Assembly: GCA_963693365.1 (NCBI GenBank)
Contig: CAVNZM010000009.1
Coordinates: forward strand, 638,963 to 702,962
Source of the DNA: Amoebidium appalachense
Lineage: Eukaryota > Protista > Ichthyosporea
Direction of reading: 5' to 3'
DNA length: 64,000 bases
Under the pieces are notes generated by a model, which was not told where the DNA came from, ran no database searches, and saw only the letters and a list, made by a program, of their open reading frames with translations. Shown in pieces: positions 34,712 to 50,348 of the stretch (its first letter is position 1; the number at the start of each line of letters is the position of its first letter). The translations under genes were made by a program, and so were the position numbers.

Positions 34712-34919
34712 CTATATGACCTTCAACTTGCCCCGGCATGCATCCACGTCCAAATAGCCTTTTTTGGATAGCACTTCCCGCAGCTCCCCAGCCAGCCGAG
34801 AAAACACCCCCGGGCCCTCCTCCCACAGCTGCGTCCCTACCTGCACGTGCACATGTATGTGTGTGTGTGTGTGTGTGTGTGTACATGTGTGTGTGTGTGT
34901 ACATGTGTGTGTGTGTGTG

Positions 34920-34950
<31 letters not shown>

Positions 34951-34974
34951 ACATGTGTGTGTGTGTGTGTTGTG

Positions 34975-35009
<35 letters not shown>

Positions 35010-35052
35010 ATGTGTGTGTGTGTGTACATGTGTGTGTGTGTGTGTGTGTGTG

Positions 35053-35083
<31 letters not shown>

Positions 35084-35138
35084 ACATGTGTGTGTGTGTG
35101 TGTACGTGTGTGTGTGTGTGTACATGTGTGTGTGTGTG

Positions 35139-35225
<87 letters not shown>

Positions 35226-35405
35226 ATGTGTGTGTGTGTGTACATGTGTGTGTGTGTGTACATGTGTGTGTGTGTGTGTGTGTGTGTACATGTGTGTGTG
35301 TGTGTGTGTACATGTGTGTGTGTGTGCGCGCGCGCACGCGTGCATGTGTTTTTAGTAGCTGTGGCCAGTGGTGGAATCCAGCCAGGGGGGGAGATTTTTT
35401 TTTTT

Positions 35406-35458
<53 letters not shown>

Positions 35459-36347
35459 CGGCAAGCCAACCCACACCTACACCCATTCATACCTCTCCAC
35501 GCATTCACCTATACGCACCCACATAACCGCACACTAATACTACCACCATCATCTCTATCCCCCTCCCCCTCCCCCCCCCCCCCCCCCCCCCCATACCTAC
35601 CCCCCCCCCCCCCCAACCCACCCACCCGGGCCTACCCCTCCCCCCTCCTCTTACCTGGACAGCGGTTGCGCCGCACAGCATGTACTCGAAGACGTCTGTG
35701 CCGGTTGCTATGCCGCCCACCCCCACCACGTGCATGTCGGCCCGCAGCAGCTCCCGCATCTTGCGCACATTGGCCAGCCCAAACGGCTTGATGATCGGGC
35801 CCCCGATGCCCCCCAAAGCCCCCCTGTGAACCACTTATCAGCACACCCAGGCACAGACACCCAGCACCACACCGAAGATGAGTTTCCCAACTCGCACACA
35901 CACAGAAATGCCGACACCCACATCTTGATGTTTACATGCACACACACACGCACACATACACACACAGAGAGAGAAGGAGGGAGAGAGACAGACACCCACC
36001 CACCCACACACAACACACACACGTGCACACACACACACACACACACCTTTGGGCGTATGAGGGTGGCCTCTGTGTGGGGGTCGACGACCAGGCCGTTGCC
36101 GGGGCTGTTGATGCACGTGACATATGCGGCGCTGCTTGCGTTGAGCACGTGCGCCATGGCCCCAAAGTGCGCAAAGTCAAAGTACGGCGGCAGCTTGGCC
36201 CCCCACACCAGCCCGTGCTGCCGGCACAGCGCCCCAAATGCCCCCACCACCTCCGCACTCTGCTCAAAGTCGTAGCCTACCTGAACAATAATACTGAGTT
36301 TAGGCTCAAGCATGCCCCCCCCCCCCTCCCCCCCTCCCCCCCCCCCC

Positions 36348-36378
<31 letters not shown>

Positions 36379-36461
36379 TTTCCTAAAGTCAAGGCTGATA
36401 TACGTAAAATGATCCTGGGGTAGGTTGTATTATATGCATGCAGTCAGAGTGGTCTCTCTTC

Positions 36462-36536
<75 letters not shown>

Positions 36537-36744
36537 AGCATATGCATTTAAATAGTGGAAACCATGGAAACAGATAATGAAAGGCCAAACAGACAAAAAC
36601 ACAAAAGACGAGACTGCCATACGTGTGCAGGCACACGATGTGGGACCAAGGTCACCATGGGGTCACACAGAAGACACAGCATGGGGTTTCTTAGTGCAGC
36701 GCTGAGTGGGTCTATGCAGGGTGGCAGCCAAAAAAAACGAAGGG

Positions 36745-36778
<34 letters not shown>

Positions 36779-37433
36779 AGAGAGGGGGTGCCTCGGGGAG
36801 GGGGGGGGGGGAGCGAGAGAGGGGGTGCCCCGGGGGGGGGGGGGAGGGGAGGGGGGGGGGGCAGGGGGATGTTACCTGGGGCTTGCCTATGATGTTTGGG
36901 CACGAGAGGTTGAGCTCGATGGCAAGGGGGCGGGGCTGGCAGGCTGCAAGGCGGGTGGCCATGGCTAGGTTGTCGGCTAGGCTCAGCCCACTCAGAGACA
37001 CGATCACGGGCTTGCGGTGCTTGGATAGCTGCAGGGAGGGGAAAAAAAAAAAGAAAAAGAAAAAAGATCGGTTAGAGGATTGGGTGGCAACAATGTATTG
37101 CCTCACGAATCTCCAACATCATCTGAGGAATCTACAACATCTCTCAAATGATGGGAATGGGGTGGGTTCTGAGCTGAAAGGAAGGTCGGGGTGTGGGTGT
37201 GAGGGAGAATACTTGCGTTGTGTGGATGTGTGGAGGAAGCGTGGGGTGGGTGTGATATAATGAAAGGGAGCACGGTGGGGGGGGCGCAGGGGAGAAGGGT
37301 GTGGTTAGAAGTGGCCGTTGAACGGATGGTGTTATGAAAAAAGGAGTAAGTGGCGGTGTTTGCAGGGGAACATATATATCTGGAGATGCACTGTGTTCAT
37401 CAAAACAGTGCCTGTGTATCTCCCCCCCCCCCT

Positions 37434-37465
<32 letters not shown>

Positions 37466-38638
37466 CCCTGCCCCCCTTCCACAAAAAAAGAAAAAAAAAA
37501 CGACTCCATTTCTTGCCCTTCATTCTTATCTCTACTCACTCCACCCCACCCCTATTCCGGATGTGTGTGTGTTGTGTGTGCTGGGCGGCTGTGATTGTCA
37601 CAGTATTGGTGTATCAATAGATGTGCCCATGTGTGTGTCGTCCAGGCGTGTGTTGGGCGAATGGTGGTGGTGGTGGTGGTGTGGGGGGGGGGGGGGGGGG
37701 GGGGGGAGGGGGAGGCTATGCAAGGTTGATTGGATGTCGATAGTGAGAGTATGTCCTGTGAATGGAATTGCTGTATTGGTAGCTGTGATTATCATTTCTC
37801 CTTCTTTCCTCTGAATCGAAATCAAACAAGAAAGACGTGTGAGGAAAGGGGGAGGGGAGGAGGGGGAGGGAGGGGGGTGGGGGTGTGCTGGGGGGGGGGG
37901 GGGGGGGGGGGGAAGGGGGCGCCGGGGGAGGGTGCAGGAAGGGGGGGGGGGGGGGGGTGGAGGCATTAGGATACCTCGGGTAGCATATCCAAATAGGCCT
38001 GGAAGCCGAGGTTAGGGAGACCCATAGCACTGATGGAGCCACTAGGGAGACTGGCATAGCGCGGAGAGGGGTTGCCCTCCCTGGGCTGGGTGGGTGTGTG
38101 GATGGGTGGATCATTATGGGTGCGCATGTGTGCATTTTTATGGATTATTGTGGGTGTGCAAGTGTGGTTATTTCGGTATGCATATGTGGCTATGTGGCTG
38201 TACATGTGTGGATATATGGTTGTGTATGTTTAGATGTATGATGGTGTGTGTGTAGATTTATGGTTGAGAATGTGTAAATTTATGACTGTGTGTGTGTAGA
38301 TTTATGGTTGTGTGTGGGCGGATTTGTGGTCTTTGGGGGGGGGGGGGGGGGGGGGGGATGACTAAATCCTTATGCATTCATTTCAGTCAGTATATATCTT
38401 TTTTTGGCCGGAGGGGAGGCGGGGGGGGGAGAGGGGGGGGTGGGGGGGGGGGGGGGGAAGGGGGTCAGTACCTCTAGAGTTGCCGATTTTGTGAGCACAA
38501 TTGCCGAATCACTATTTGCTAAATCCTTCAATTCTTGGAGGGTGGTGCAGTGGGGGCCCGACGATTGAAGATGGGGTAGGGTAGGTTCACACCAAGAAAC
38601 TGCGTGCGTAGAGAGGGGGGTGCTGGTGATGTGCTCAT
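34712..38638 (-). pseudogene. URA1: Class 1A DHODH copy B, inverted relative to copy A, with two apparent frameshifts (pseudogene or sequencing errors)
   Basis: Exons 38638-38472, 38085-37975, 37028-36876, 36280-36047, 35823-35655 and 34840-34712 share intron positions with copy A. Exon 1 is 167 nt (one base missing at the N-A-S-G motif, about 38563, not in a homopolymer). Exon 5 has an extra G in the run at 35809-35814. Confidence 0.85.
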
Positions 38639-38809
38639 TTTGTGTTTCTGCAATACATTTTTTTTTTCAGTGGTTATTGGAGCATGAAAGACAGCTGGAC
38701 GAAAGTGGGGCAGGTGTTGGTGTGATAAACAGTTATGTTTTTCTTGTTGTTGTTGTGTTTGTGTTTGTCTTGCTTTCTTTTGGTCAGGTTTATGTAAACC
38801 CAACCCTAG

Positions 38810-38849
<40 letters not shown>

Positions 38850-39119
38850 CTGCTTCGGTTTTGCCAACTTTAACTTTTTGGGATGAGCAAACAAAGGTGG
38901 TGATGTGGGTGGTGGTGGGCGTGCGCGGGGGGGGGGGGGGGGGGGGGGGGGAGGGGGGGAGGGAGGGAAGTGGGGGAACAACCCTATGGTTTTTGTATTC
39001 TTGTAAGATCCCCGACTATTCACAAACAACGCTTGCCTCCCCAGCCCATCATCGTATACCTACAACACGTTTCGCGGGTAAAGTGCAAGATTAGCCTGCC
39101 TGCCCATCATCTCCCCCCT

Positions 39120-39190
<71 letters not shown>

Positions 39191-40743
39191 ACTTCCCCGA
39201 CCCTTTATCCCAATCTACTTCACTTCTTCCCCACTCAGCCTCTTTTCGCGTTCATTCCCTTATAACGAGGGATCCAACAAGCCCCTACCGCCTTAATCTT
39301 TGAAGCGACTCCCAGTCCCACGAATTTTCGTCTTGGCCCACAACACTTTTGGTATATATGATCTCTTGTTTAACGTTTCCTCTATTGCAGCTCTTTTGCT
39401 CTCAGTTGTGCCTTACCCAAAAACCCTACACTATTTCTACATCTCCATCCTTTAATGCACATGTTCCCAGTCTTCCGCAGCACAGACATGGGACAACACA
39501 GACACCCCAGGTACCTGCAAAAGGCCTCGTGTCTGCAGTTGGGATGTAACACACCCCTTAGACAGCCCAGCCACCACCTTTCCCACTCGCTTTTGGCCAA
39601 GGTTGAAGGTAGGAAACATATTCCTTACTACGAGGTTATAGGGGCAGAGGTGGTCCAAAGCCTCGCCTTTCTGTTTTTGGTTTGTTTGTGTTCCGGTGAC
39701 AGATCTTTAGTTTGGCGGGATTCTATTTGCTTCGTATCCAATCATATGTGGCTCAGTAACCTCCTAGATGGCTGTGTTGACGTCAGAGCGACTCGGTGCC
39801 TCTTTTTTTGCCCTTTCTTCTTCTCCTTTTTTTTTTCGGTTTGCACAGTTTCCAGCCACTCGCTTGTGTTACTGTACAGGAATGGCAGTAGTATCAACTC
39901 TGTGCTTTTGTTTTGTCGGTTTGAACGGCTGTTCCTCTGTGTTTTCTTTTTCAATGCAGTGTGTGTGCGATCAAGTCTTTTGGACGGGTTGTATATGTAT
40001 GCAACAACCTCTGATTTACGCTACGATTGTGTGTGTAGCGAACTATCCTTTCCCTGGACATATGGGCGGGCTTGAACGTGCTGTACGGTGTGCACTTCTT
40101 TATAATAGTCAAACGGCCAAATATGAGGGCCATCGAGGTGAGTTGTTTCTTGCACAGCTACTGACGTGCTCCCTCCTTGTCTGTCATGTTTTAGAGTTTT
40201 TAATTCCCCCCCCCCCCCCCCCCCACCCCCTTCCCCCCCAGTTCAATAGTTGGCTATCACTCCCATGCCACCCTATGTTTGGCATTCGTAGTGGAAGTTT
40301 AGTGGTTGACGGGTCATTTCGTATGACAACTAACATCATACCACCTCAGTATACCATGACCAAAAACTGTGGTCAGGAAGATTAATTCGCAGGTATCTGG
40401 CTAGTATAAATATGCTACAAATTATAAACGAACTTGCGTACAGATTCGTGTTTAGAAAACTGTTGAGAAAGGAACACATACATCAGCTTGATGTCAGCCA
40501 TGATTTATTTATTATCCTTTCTAGGGATAATCATCTGAGAGTAAGGTTTCCCCTGCAACGGCTAAGGAGGAAAGACGAAAGGTTTGTGACGAGAAAACCA
40601 AACGGAGGAGGCGAGATAAGACCAAGTAACTTAGAGGCAAACAAGTAATAAAACTTTACAAGCCTCAAGACTCCGCAACAGCAGCGTGAGCCTAGGCAAC
40701 ACCAACGCTCGAATAAAAAGACTACAATCCACGTGCACACACG

Positions 40744-40776
<33 letters not shown>

Positions 40777-40814
40777 GGAAAAAGGGCAGGTCAAAGTTTG
40801 GCTTCCACAACAAA

Positions 40815-40846
<32 letters not shown>

Positions 40847-40886
40847 GGGGGGGGGGGGGGGGGTATCATAAAAACTTTAGTTGGGT

Positions 40887-41741
40887 CTATTGTGTCGTAT
40901 CATCATCAGAGTCGTGTGAAAAGAGAGCCCCGATGAATCCGAGAGTTAAAAAATACAAAACAGTGTTCCAAATGCTTTGTTCACTATCTTCCTGAACCAC
41001 GTCCGTACGTTCTTGAGACAGGCCTCTGGACCTTGCACGTGCACTGCGTGTGGCCATATCCGGCTCCGGAGGGTCTCTTTGCAAACGCGCACGCCTCGCA
41101 GCAAGTTGCTGCTCGAAATCGGCGGAGATGCTTGCAGACCCCTCCCTCCGCGCCCTTCCCTGCCGCGCCATCTCTTCCATGCTTCTCCGTGTTTCCTGTT
41201 TCTCAAGCCACACACGCTCCCTCTCCCGCTCCTGTCTTCCTTTCTCTGCCTGCGTTGCCTTCCATTGCCGTTCTTCTTCTCTCTCCTTCCTTTCCTTGTC
41301 ACTCTCCTGTATCACCGTCATCATCTCTGCCTCCTTTCTTGCATGCCGTTTCTCTGCAAGCTGACCAATTAGCTTTCTCTCCTGCTCGCGAATCTTTTCT
41401 TTATGCATCCGTTTTTTCTCTTTGTACTCTCTCCACTTCTCTCTCTCTCTCGACACCCAGTTGCACACCCAGATGATAATACCTCCTGAAATCACCAGTG
41501 CACACACAATCAACGAAAAAACGGCCCATGCCTGACACACGGTGAATAAGGTGGTCGGTGCAGTCGTGCTTCCAAACCATTTTCCAATATGATAGTCATT
41601 TTTAGTCCCGTTGTACTTTCCAATCTCAAATCCGGATGCGTCTTGCACACCCCAAGCAGAAAAAACAGTCATCGTTCTACAAAACTTGCTCCCTTTTTTT
41701 GACAAGTGTGTGTGGGCAACGCAATGCTGCCAAGCCACCAT
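40887..41741 (-). CDS. Orphan membrane protein with a charged coiled-coil region, single coding exon (about 284 aa)
   Basis: Open frame with hydrophobic segment AWAVFSLIVCALVISGGIIIWV, a long E/R/K-rich helix and a C-terminal hydrophobic segment IWNTVLYFLTLGFIGALF. The start is uncertain; the frame is open to at least 41861. Confidence 0.65.
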   Translation of the reverse strand: MVAWQHCVAHTHLSKKGSKFCRTMTVFSAWGVQDASGFEIGKYNGTKNDYHIGKWFGSTTAPTTLFTVCQAWAVFSLIVCALVISGGIIIWVCNWVSREREKWREYKEKKRMHKEKIREQERKLIGQLAEKRHARKEAEMMTVIQESDKERKEREEERQWKATQAEKGRQERERERVWLEKQETRRSMEEMARQGRARREGSASISADFEQQLAARRARLQRDPPEPDMATRSARARSRGLSQERTDVVQEDSEQSIWNTVLYFLTLGFIGALFSHDSDDDTTQ

Positions 41742-42227
41742 TAGATCTGGCTGGGAAAAAGGATGGGGGGAGCAACAGAGCAGAAAAATATCCGTGCTAC
41801 ACCCCTGAATAGACACTAGAAAAAACCACACACAAAACTTTGCTCTCGGTTTACCTGTCAAGAGTCTTCTCCGTTTTTCTTCGAGTCAAAAGGTTCATCA
41901 AAGAGGTGTCAAGATACATGCGTTTCTTCAAAGCGATTTGCAATTGGCTGTAACGGCACCACAAAAAGGATAGCCAATAGGAAACGGGTTTGTTTGCGTA
42001 AATATCATACGAAAAACCTCAGTTGTTCGTGACCACCGTTCACTTTTTGGGGGGGGATTCCTTAGCTCAGACACATGCTATCATAGCCCACTGGGGTTGG
42101 AACAGCTTACAACGTTATAGGATCTAGAGCATGTTGGAAGGTTTTCGGTTAATCGTACGATTTAGCTGCTTGCTTGGGCTCGTGGTATTTAAACTGTGAC
42201 AGTTTTGAGAACATAGGTTAGGTAGGT

Positions 42228-45391
<3,164 letters not shown>

Positions 45392-45820
45392 GACCCGAAT
45401 ATCTCTAGGTGGAGCTCAGAGAAGTGCACTGGATGGCTACGTTTCTCCTGCATACCTAAGTGTCTTTGAAATAGGGTCCCGACCCCCGTCTTTCTATTTT
45501 TTGTCCATTTTCCCCCTTCATATTTGTTCTGTCAATGACTATTTCAACTTGGTGTTATATCGGATTTCAATCATGCCATTGGCAGTGGATGTCGTCTTGT
45601 TCAAAATCGATTTTTATGGGGGTGGGAATAATTCCTACTATATTTTTTCCTTAGTTAATATAAATCGTGTCTGCTATCGTTTTTTAAGAAATTTGCAAGC
45701 TGTTACATGATGAATGCGAATGATATAGTGATAGCCTTTTGATTGTGTATGAGTGAAATGATTGGCCGAGATATATCGACGTCTTTAGAGTAATGTATGT
45801 TATAAAGCTGTTGCGGCATT

Positions 45821-45851
<31 letters not shown>

Positions 45852-46586
45852 TCCTCCGGCACCCCACCCAGAGTATGTATAAAGCTGTTGCGGCAACCCC
45901 CCCCCCCCCCCCCCCCTTCCCCCCCCCCCCCGGCACGCGCGCGCACAAACACAACACGCTCACGCGCACACGCACATGCACACACGCACCGTGACACACA
46001 CACACACACACACACACGCACACCGCTCCAGCTGCCTCCGCTGCCATCATTACCGCCAGCGAGAAAAAAAGGAAGGGAAAAAAAGGGGGTGGGGGAGAGG
46101 AAAGTAAGAAAAGGTCGGGCAACTGAGGCCACTTTCTCTCTCATACTCTCTTCCTACTTTGGCCAACACACACAAAACTAAACGAGCAAAAAACACAGCC
46201 CTTGCCCACCGATACCCACAGTGGGTAAGGAAACTTTTTTGTGCAGCACCCTCTGACCCATTTTTCATATAGATGTCAAATTTGGTCACGTTGTATTTTT
46301 CGACTCTCAAAGCAAAGTCTTGAAGTTCTGAGTGCGTCCGGCACACCCCAGCTAGATAACCCGTCATAGTTCAAATAAAAGCTTCTCTGTAAATTTTCAG
46401 TAAGGCGTTGCCAGAACAAGCCACCCCGAAAATACCCGCACATTCATACCCTGGGTGCATACAAAAACACCCAGTATGCTCCATCGCATGCAGGTGGGCA
46501 CACATAAGTCTGAGTTGCATTTGGTGATGCATGTCCATTCGTTCGAGCCTACTCGGCACGAAGGCTGAATGAGCCATGAGCCCTAG

Positions 46587-47243
46587 CTAATCACTATCAC
46601 TATCACTATTAGAGTCATTAGCCTGCTGCTGCTTGTACTGCCCCTTTCTTTCCTGCCGTATGTACTGCAAGCTCTCACTCTCACTGGGTTTGAACAGCAT
46701 GTTGTTTGTGTGCGACCGGCCAAGCTCCTCCCACATCTTCAGCCGCTCCAGCAGTGGCCTCTGTAGGTGACCCACTCCACAGGTTGAAAGGTCAGCCGTA
46801 GTTCTGCCCCCCACAAACAGATGCTTGACAAACTCGCGAACGGGAAACTTTTCTTCGCACATCTCGCACGATCTCTCTGCTTCGCGCACGCCGCGGTCAG
46901 GAACCTGCTTCAGTCCATACCTGTTGGCCTTGCCGTGCACGCCATCAGAATCATCATGGTTGCCCGTGCGGACCAATCTCTTGTATTTGCGGGAGGCCAG
47001 GCGTCTGCGGCAACCAGCAACGGTATTGCGCTCCATCGTGTCAAAGAGGGAATGGTTGAGCTTGAGCATGCCTGCCGCTTCCCACAGCGACAGCTTCTCA
47101 TCAAGGGGCATGGCCTTTACATGGAGCCCGCAGAAGGTGAGGTTACGTTTGGCTGTGTCGCTGAACAGGTGCGCAGCGAACGCCCGCGGTTTTATGCCCC
47201 GCCTGCCGCACCGTTCACAGTCGATGGACTCGGCGCTGACCAT
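46587..47243 (-). CDS. Intronless 218-aa orphan with two internal copies of a C2HC-containing module
   Basis: CERC-x12-H-x12-C...PLDEKLSLWEAAG....NHSLF...E and CEMC-x11-H-x13-C...PLLERLKMWEELG....NNMLF...E. GC-rich coding-like codon usage and an acidic SDSDSD tail. Confidence 0.8.
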   Translation of the reverse strand: MVSAESIDCERCGRRGIKPRAFAAHLFSDTAKRNLTFCGLHVKAMPLDEKLSLWEAAGMLKLNHSLFDTMERNTVAGCRRRLASRKYKRLVRTGNHDDSDGVHGKANRYGLKQVPDRGVREAERSCEMCEEKFPVREFVKHLFVGGRTTADLSTCGVGHLQRPLLERLKMWEELGRSHTNNMLFKPSESESLQYIRQERKGQYKQQQANDSNSDSDSD

Positions 47244-47569
47244 CTTGCCTCTCGGGAGCTCCTCTCGGGCCAACGTTTACGAAGTCTTGAAAGAAGGTGG
47301 GGAAACGGGGACAACAAAACAACGAATTCAAAATCCTAATGTCCGTTTGCAGCGCCCAAGTAGACTCCAAATTTATGACAGAAAACAAAACCTCCTTGTG
47401 TAAATACTTCAACATACAAAAAATCAGCACCAATTTTCTTGTCAAAAAGAGTGTCAGAAAGCGCTCTTTGTCTCCCTTTTGGCTTTCAAACTCTTGAACT
47501 GCTTTTTACCCACCCGCCGGGGAATTAGGGAAGTAGCGCGACTTCCTGGCATCATTCTGGCATGATTTT

Positions 47570-48930
47570 TCCATATAATGATTGGCTATCAAAGCATCAA
47601 ATAGAAAATAGCCAATAGGAAATGAAATAATTTTGCGTAAATGTCATGCAAACAGAGGTGCTCACTTCCGCCGTGCGCGCGGCTCAGGGCTGGCTGCGCG
47701 CGCCTGCCTGCGGCGCCCGCCGCCTGGCCACGGTGAAGGTATCTGTATCAAGGCCTCCTAGATGTATCTAGGAGGCCTTGTTTTGTATATACCTACCTTA
47801 TGGGCAGTGGTAGGAACATAAAGGTGCTTAACAGTGAAGGAGCCGGTGGAGGGCATGCCGCTTGTATATTTCCAAGCAGACAGCCCAGAGCAACGTATAC
47901 CCTCCTGTTGGCTAGTAGTGCTTGGTGCACACAGGCACAGCTGTATATACTAAACTAGCTGATTGGTGTACGAGAACATTTGGCGGCCAGCCCTGAGAGA
48001 GTGCCCGACAAGAAACAGGGTGCTAGTGAGTTCCCTTTCATTTTGTTTCTATTTTTTTTATGGCTGGATATAGTTCCCTTGCTTGCCTCCCCTCTTCCCC
48101 CCTCCCCTTCTCCCCCTTCACCCCCCTTCCCCCCGCCCTGTTGAAGTTCATGATGGTTTGAGGCCCTTTCTGAGTAGCTAAGTGTAGAACCACTACAGCC
48201 CGTTTTTCTCATCTGCTACAGCATATCAACTAATCCCCCCCCACACACACCCGACCTACCTCCTCTCCCTCACACACCCACTCCCAAACCCGTTCCGCTC
48301 CCCCTCTACGCCCCCCCTTCTCGCTGGTGTCTTGGTGCTTTTTACCGTCTGTGTCCCCATATGTGTGTGTTTGACTGTGGTTGATAGTGAGTATGAGCGC
48401 GAGCTACACGTGCAGCATGCGCTTGTCTGTGGCTATGCTGTGTATGTGTGGGCGTGGTTGTCACGTGACTGCATGCGGTGCATGTGTAAGTGGGAGTGTC
48501 ACGTGGGGCATGTGTGCATGTGTGAATCTTGGTAATTAGACCTGGTATTTCGGTTTTTTTGGAGTGCTATTTCCTGCAGTTCACACAGCCACACACTCCG
48601 ACACGTGCACATGGCCCAATGTAACCACACAGAGCCGGCACATATGCCCTCAAGCACCTCTCCCGAGTCCCTCTTCCCCCCTCCCCCCCCCCCCCCCCCC
48701 CCCCCCTCTCCTCCCCCCCCCCCCCCCCCAAAAAAAAAAAAAAAAAAAAAAAAAGCTTGCACGAACGGAATTGCGCACGGCACACATAACATACGCACTC
48801 ACACACCCGGGCACAAAAAGCACACATATTCAACTCAGGAAATGAAACTCAAAGCTAAGGCGGTGAGTTGCACCCATTCTGGCCATACTAACCAACGTGC
48901 TCAACAGAGAATGGAATTCACTATGTGAGA
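47570..48930 (+). pseudogene. Degenerate tandem duplicate of the F-box/LRR locus lacking the central exon
   Basis: 47570-47655 resembles the promoter at 41935-42012. 47838-47950 resembles exon 1 and its donor (42303-42420). 48810-48920 resembles the last exon (45263-45391) with the acceptor AG apparently lost. No F-box/LRR sequence lies between. Confidence 0.75.
47749..47780. repeat. Near-perfect 32-bp palindrome (15-bp arms, 2-nt centre)
   Basis: caaggcctcctagat-gt-atctaggaggccttg; the arms are exact reverse complements. Confidence 0.95.
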
Positions 48931-49479
48931 CGAAGCAGTGTGTCGAATCATAGTCTAGGCTACACCCCAGTCTGCTTTCATATTTTTCAGCCACTATTTC
49001 TTTTTCACAGTTAAATCTTGTATATGACCACAAATAATGTGTCTTTTTAGTGCGTACTGTTGGAGTGATATACTCTGCCAGTGTATTTCTAAAGGTTTTG
49101 AGGTGGCGACTCTTGTGGATGCAGCCCATCACCTCCACACCTCCACCGCCCCCCGGGCCCCCTCCCCCCCCCCCCCCCCCCCCCCGCACTAGCTCTCTCT
49201 CCGCAGGGGATGATTAGCTGCCGAAAGTCGGGCCCCCTCCCCCCTCCCCCCGCCTGCCCCCTCTCCCTGAGGGCGAGTTTCTCCCTTCGTTCCCCGCTCA
49301 TTGGCAAAGCTTACAACTCTATTAGCACTTCCCTCACTTGCATTTTGTTTACCACACTACGGTCTTGAAATTATACTCCCCACATGACACAAACACTGAA
49401 ACTTGGCTACAGTACACGTGTGAAAATAAAAACGTATGCAAACGAGTCGGACCGTATTATGTGGTAAAGATGACGGTAT

Positions 49480-49580
49480 CCCGATTGGCCGCCTAATCTT
49501 ACATGCTTGTTCCTATTGGCTAAAGCTAACGGCATTTAGATTGAGATGACGTCATCTGATGCGCTCTAGACCAATCATTC
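49480..49580. promoter_or_regulatory. CCAAT-box cluster with a CRE/ATF palindrome, probable promoter of the SH2 gene
   Basis: attgg near 49484 and 49515, ccaat near 49571, and agatgacgtcatct at 49544-49557. Confidence 0.55.
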
Positions 49581-50348
49581 GCTGGCAGGTTTTCACATAT
49601 GTTTGCTCTTGTTTTTCAAGACCACTTATCCAGCTCACTTATCCGGCCAGTTTTGCTGTGTTATCAGATAGAAACGTAGAGGTTCTGAAAGACAAAAAAG
49701 AACATTGTTTGCTTTAGAGACTATTTTGTTAACTGATTGCACATGGCCTACATGCTCAAAGATTACACAAGGGGCACCACGACAGGTTCACGATCCCAAC
49801 AAATATTGTTGTTTCGATCGTTCTGTTTGTACACCAACATGTGCCCTGAAAGGATATGAAACCAGCAACCAGGCTAAATGCCCACCCCTCTTAGGTATTT
49901 TGATTCCTTTTATGATTTTACTGTTGTGCTTTCCCCTGCCGTGCCATATGAACTCGACATTTCACCATTCAACCTAACCACCTGATGCATCCTGCACTGC
50001 CAGTTTGAAGATGAGTGTTTCTCGCCATGTCAGAAAAGGGTCCGAGGGAGGCCTCGTGTGTGGCCGCCCACGGGGGACATCAGCGACATTTCCAGCTGGT
50101 AAGCAAAATATGATGCGTTCCATAGCACATTTGTGCGCATATGGGCAGTCAGGTATATATTGGTTCATCTTTCCACGTTTGTGCTTTCCCCCAAAGCTCG
50201 GATTGGTGAGTCAGCATCGTATTTTTCTGTTGCTCTTGTGTGAAGTGTTTCCTTTTAGACAACTCTGCATGTGGTCTCGCACACGTTCACTTCTACATGT
50301 GTGAAACTGAATAACACACACCGCTTTGGTTTACACGCCACCTCTCTA

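Noticed and set aside
39250-40650. ORFs 39455-40075, 39768-40385 and nearby splice-like signals
   Set aside because: I could not build a phase-consistent gene or recognise a domain; an unannotated gene or lncRNA is not excluded.
45795-45897. Direct repeat gtatgt(t)ataaagctgttgcggca flanking a poly-C tract
   Set aside because: A short local duplication with no terminal repeats or coding capacity to support a mobile element.
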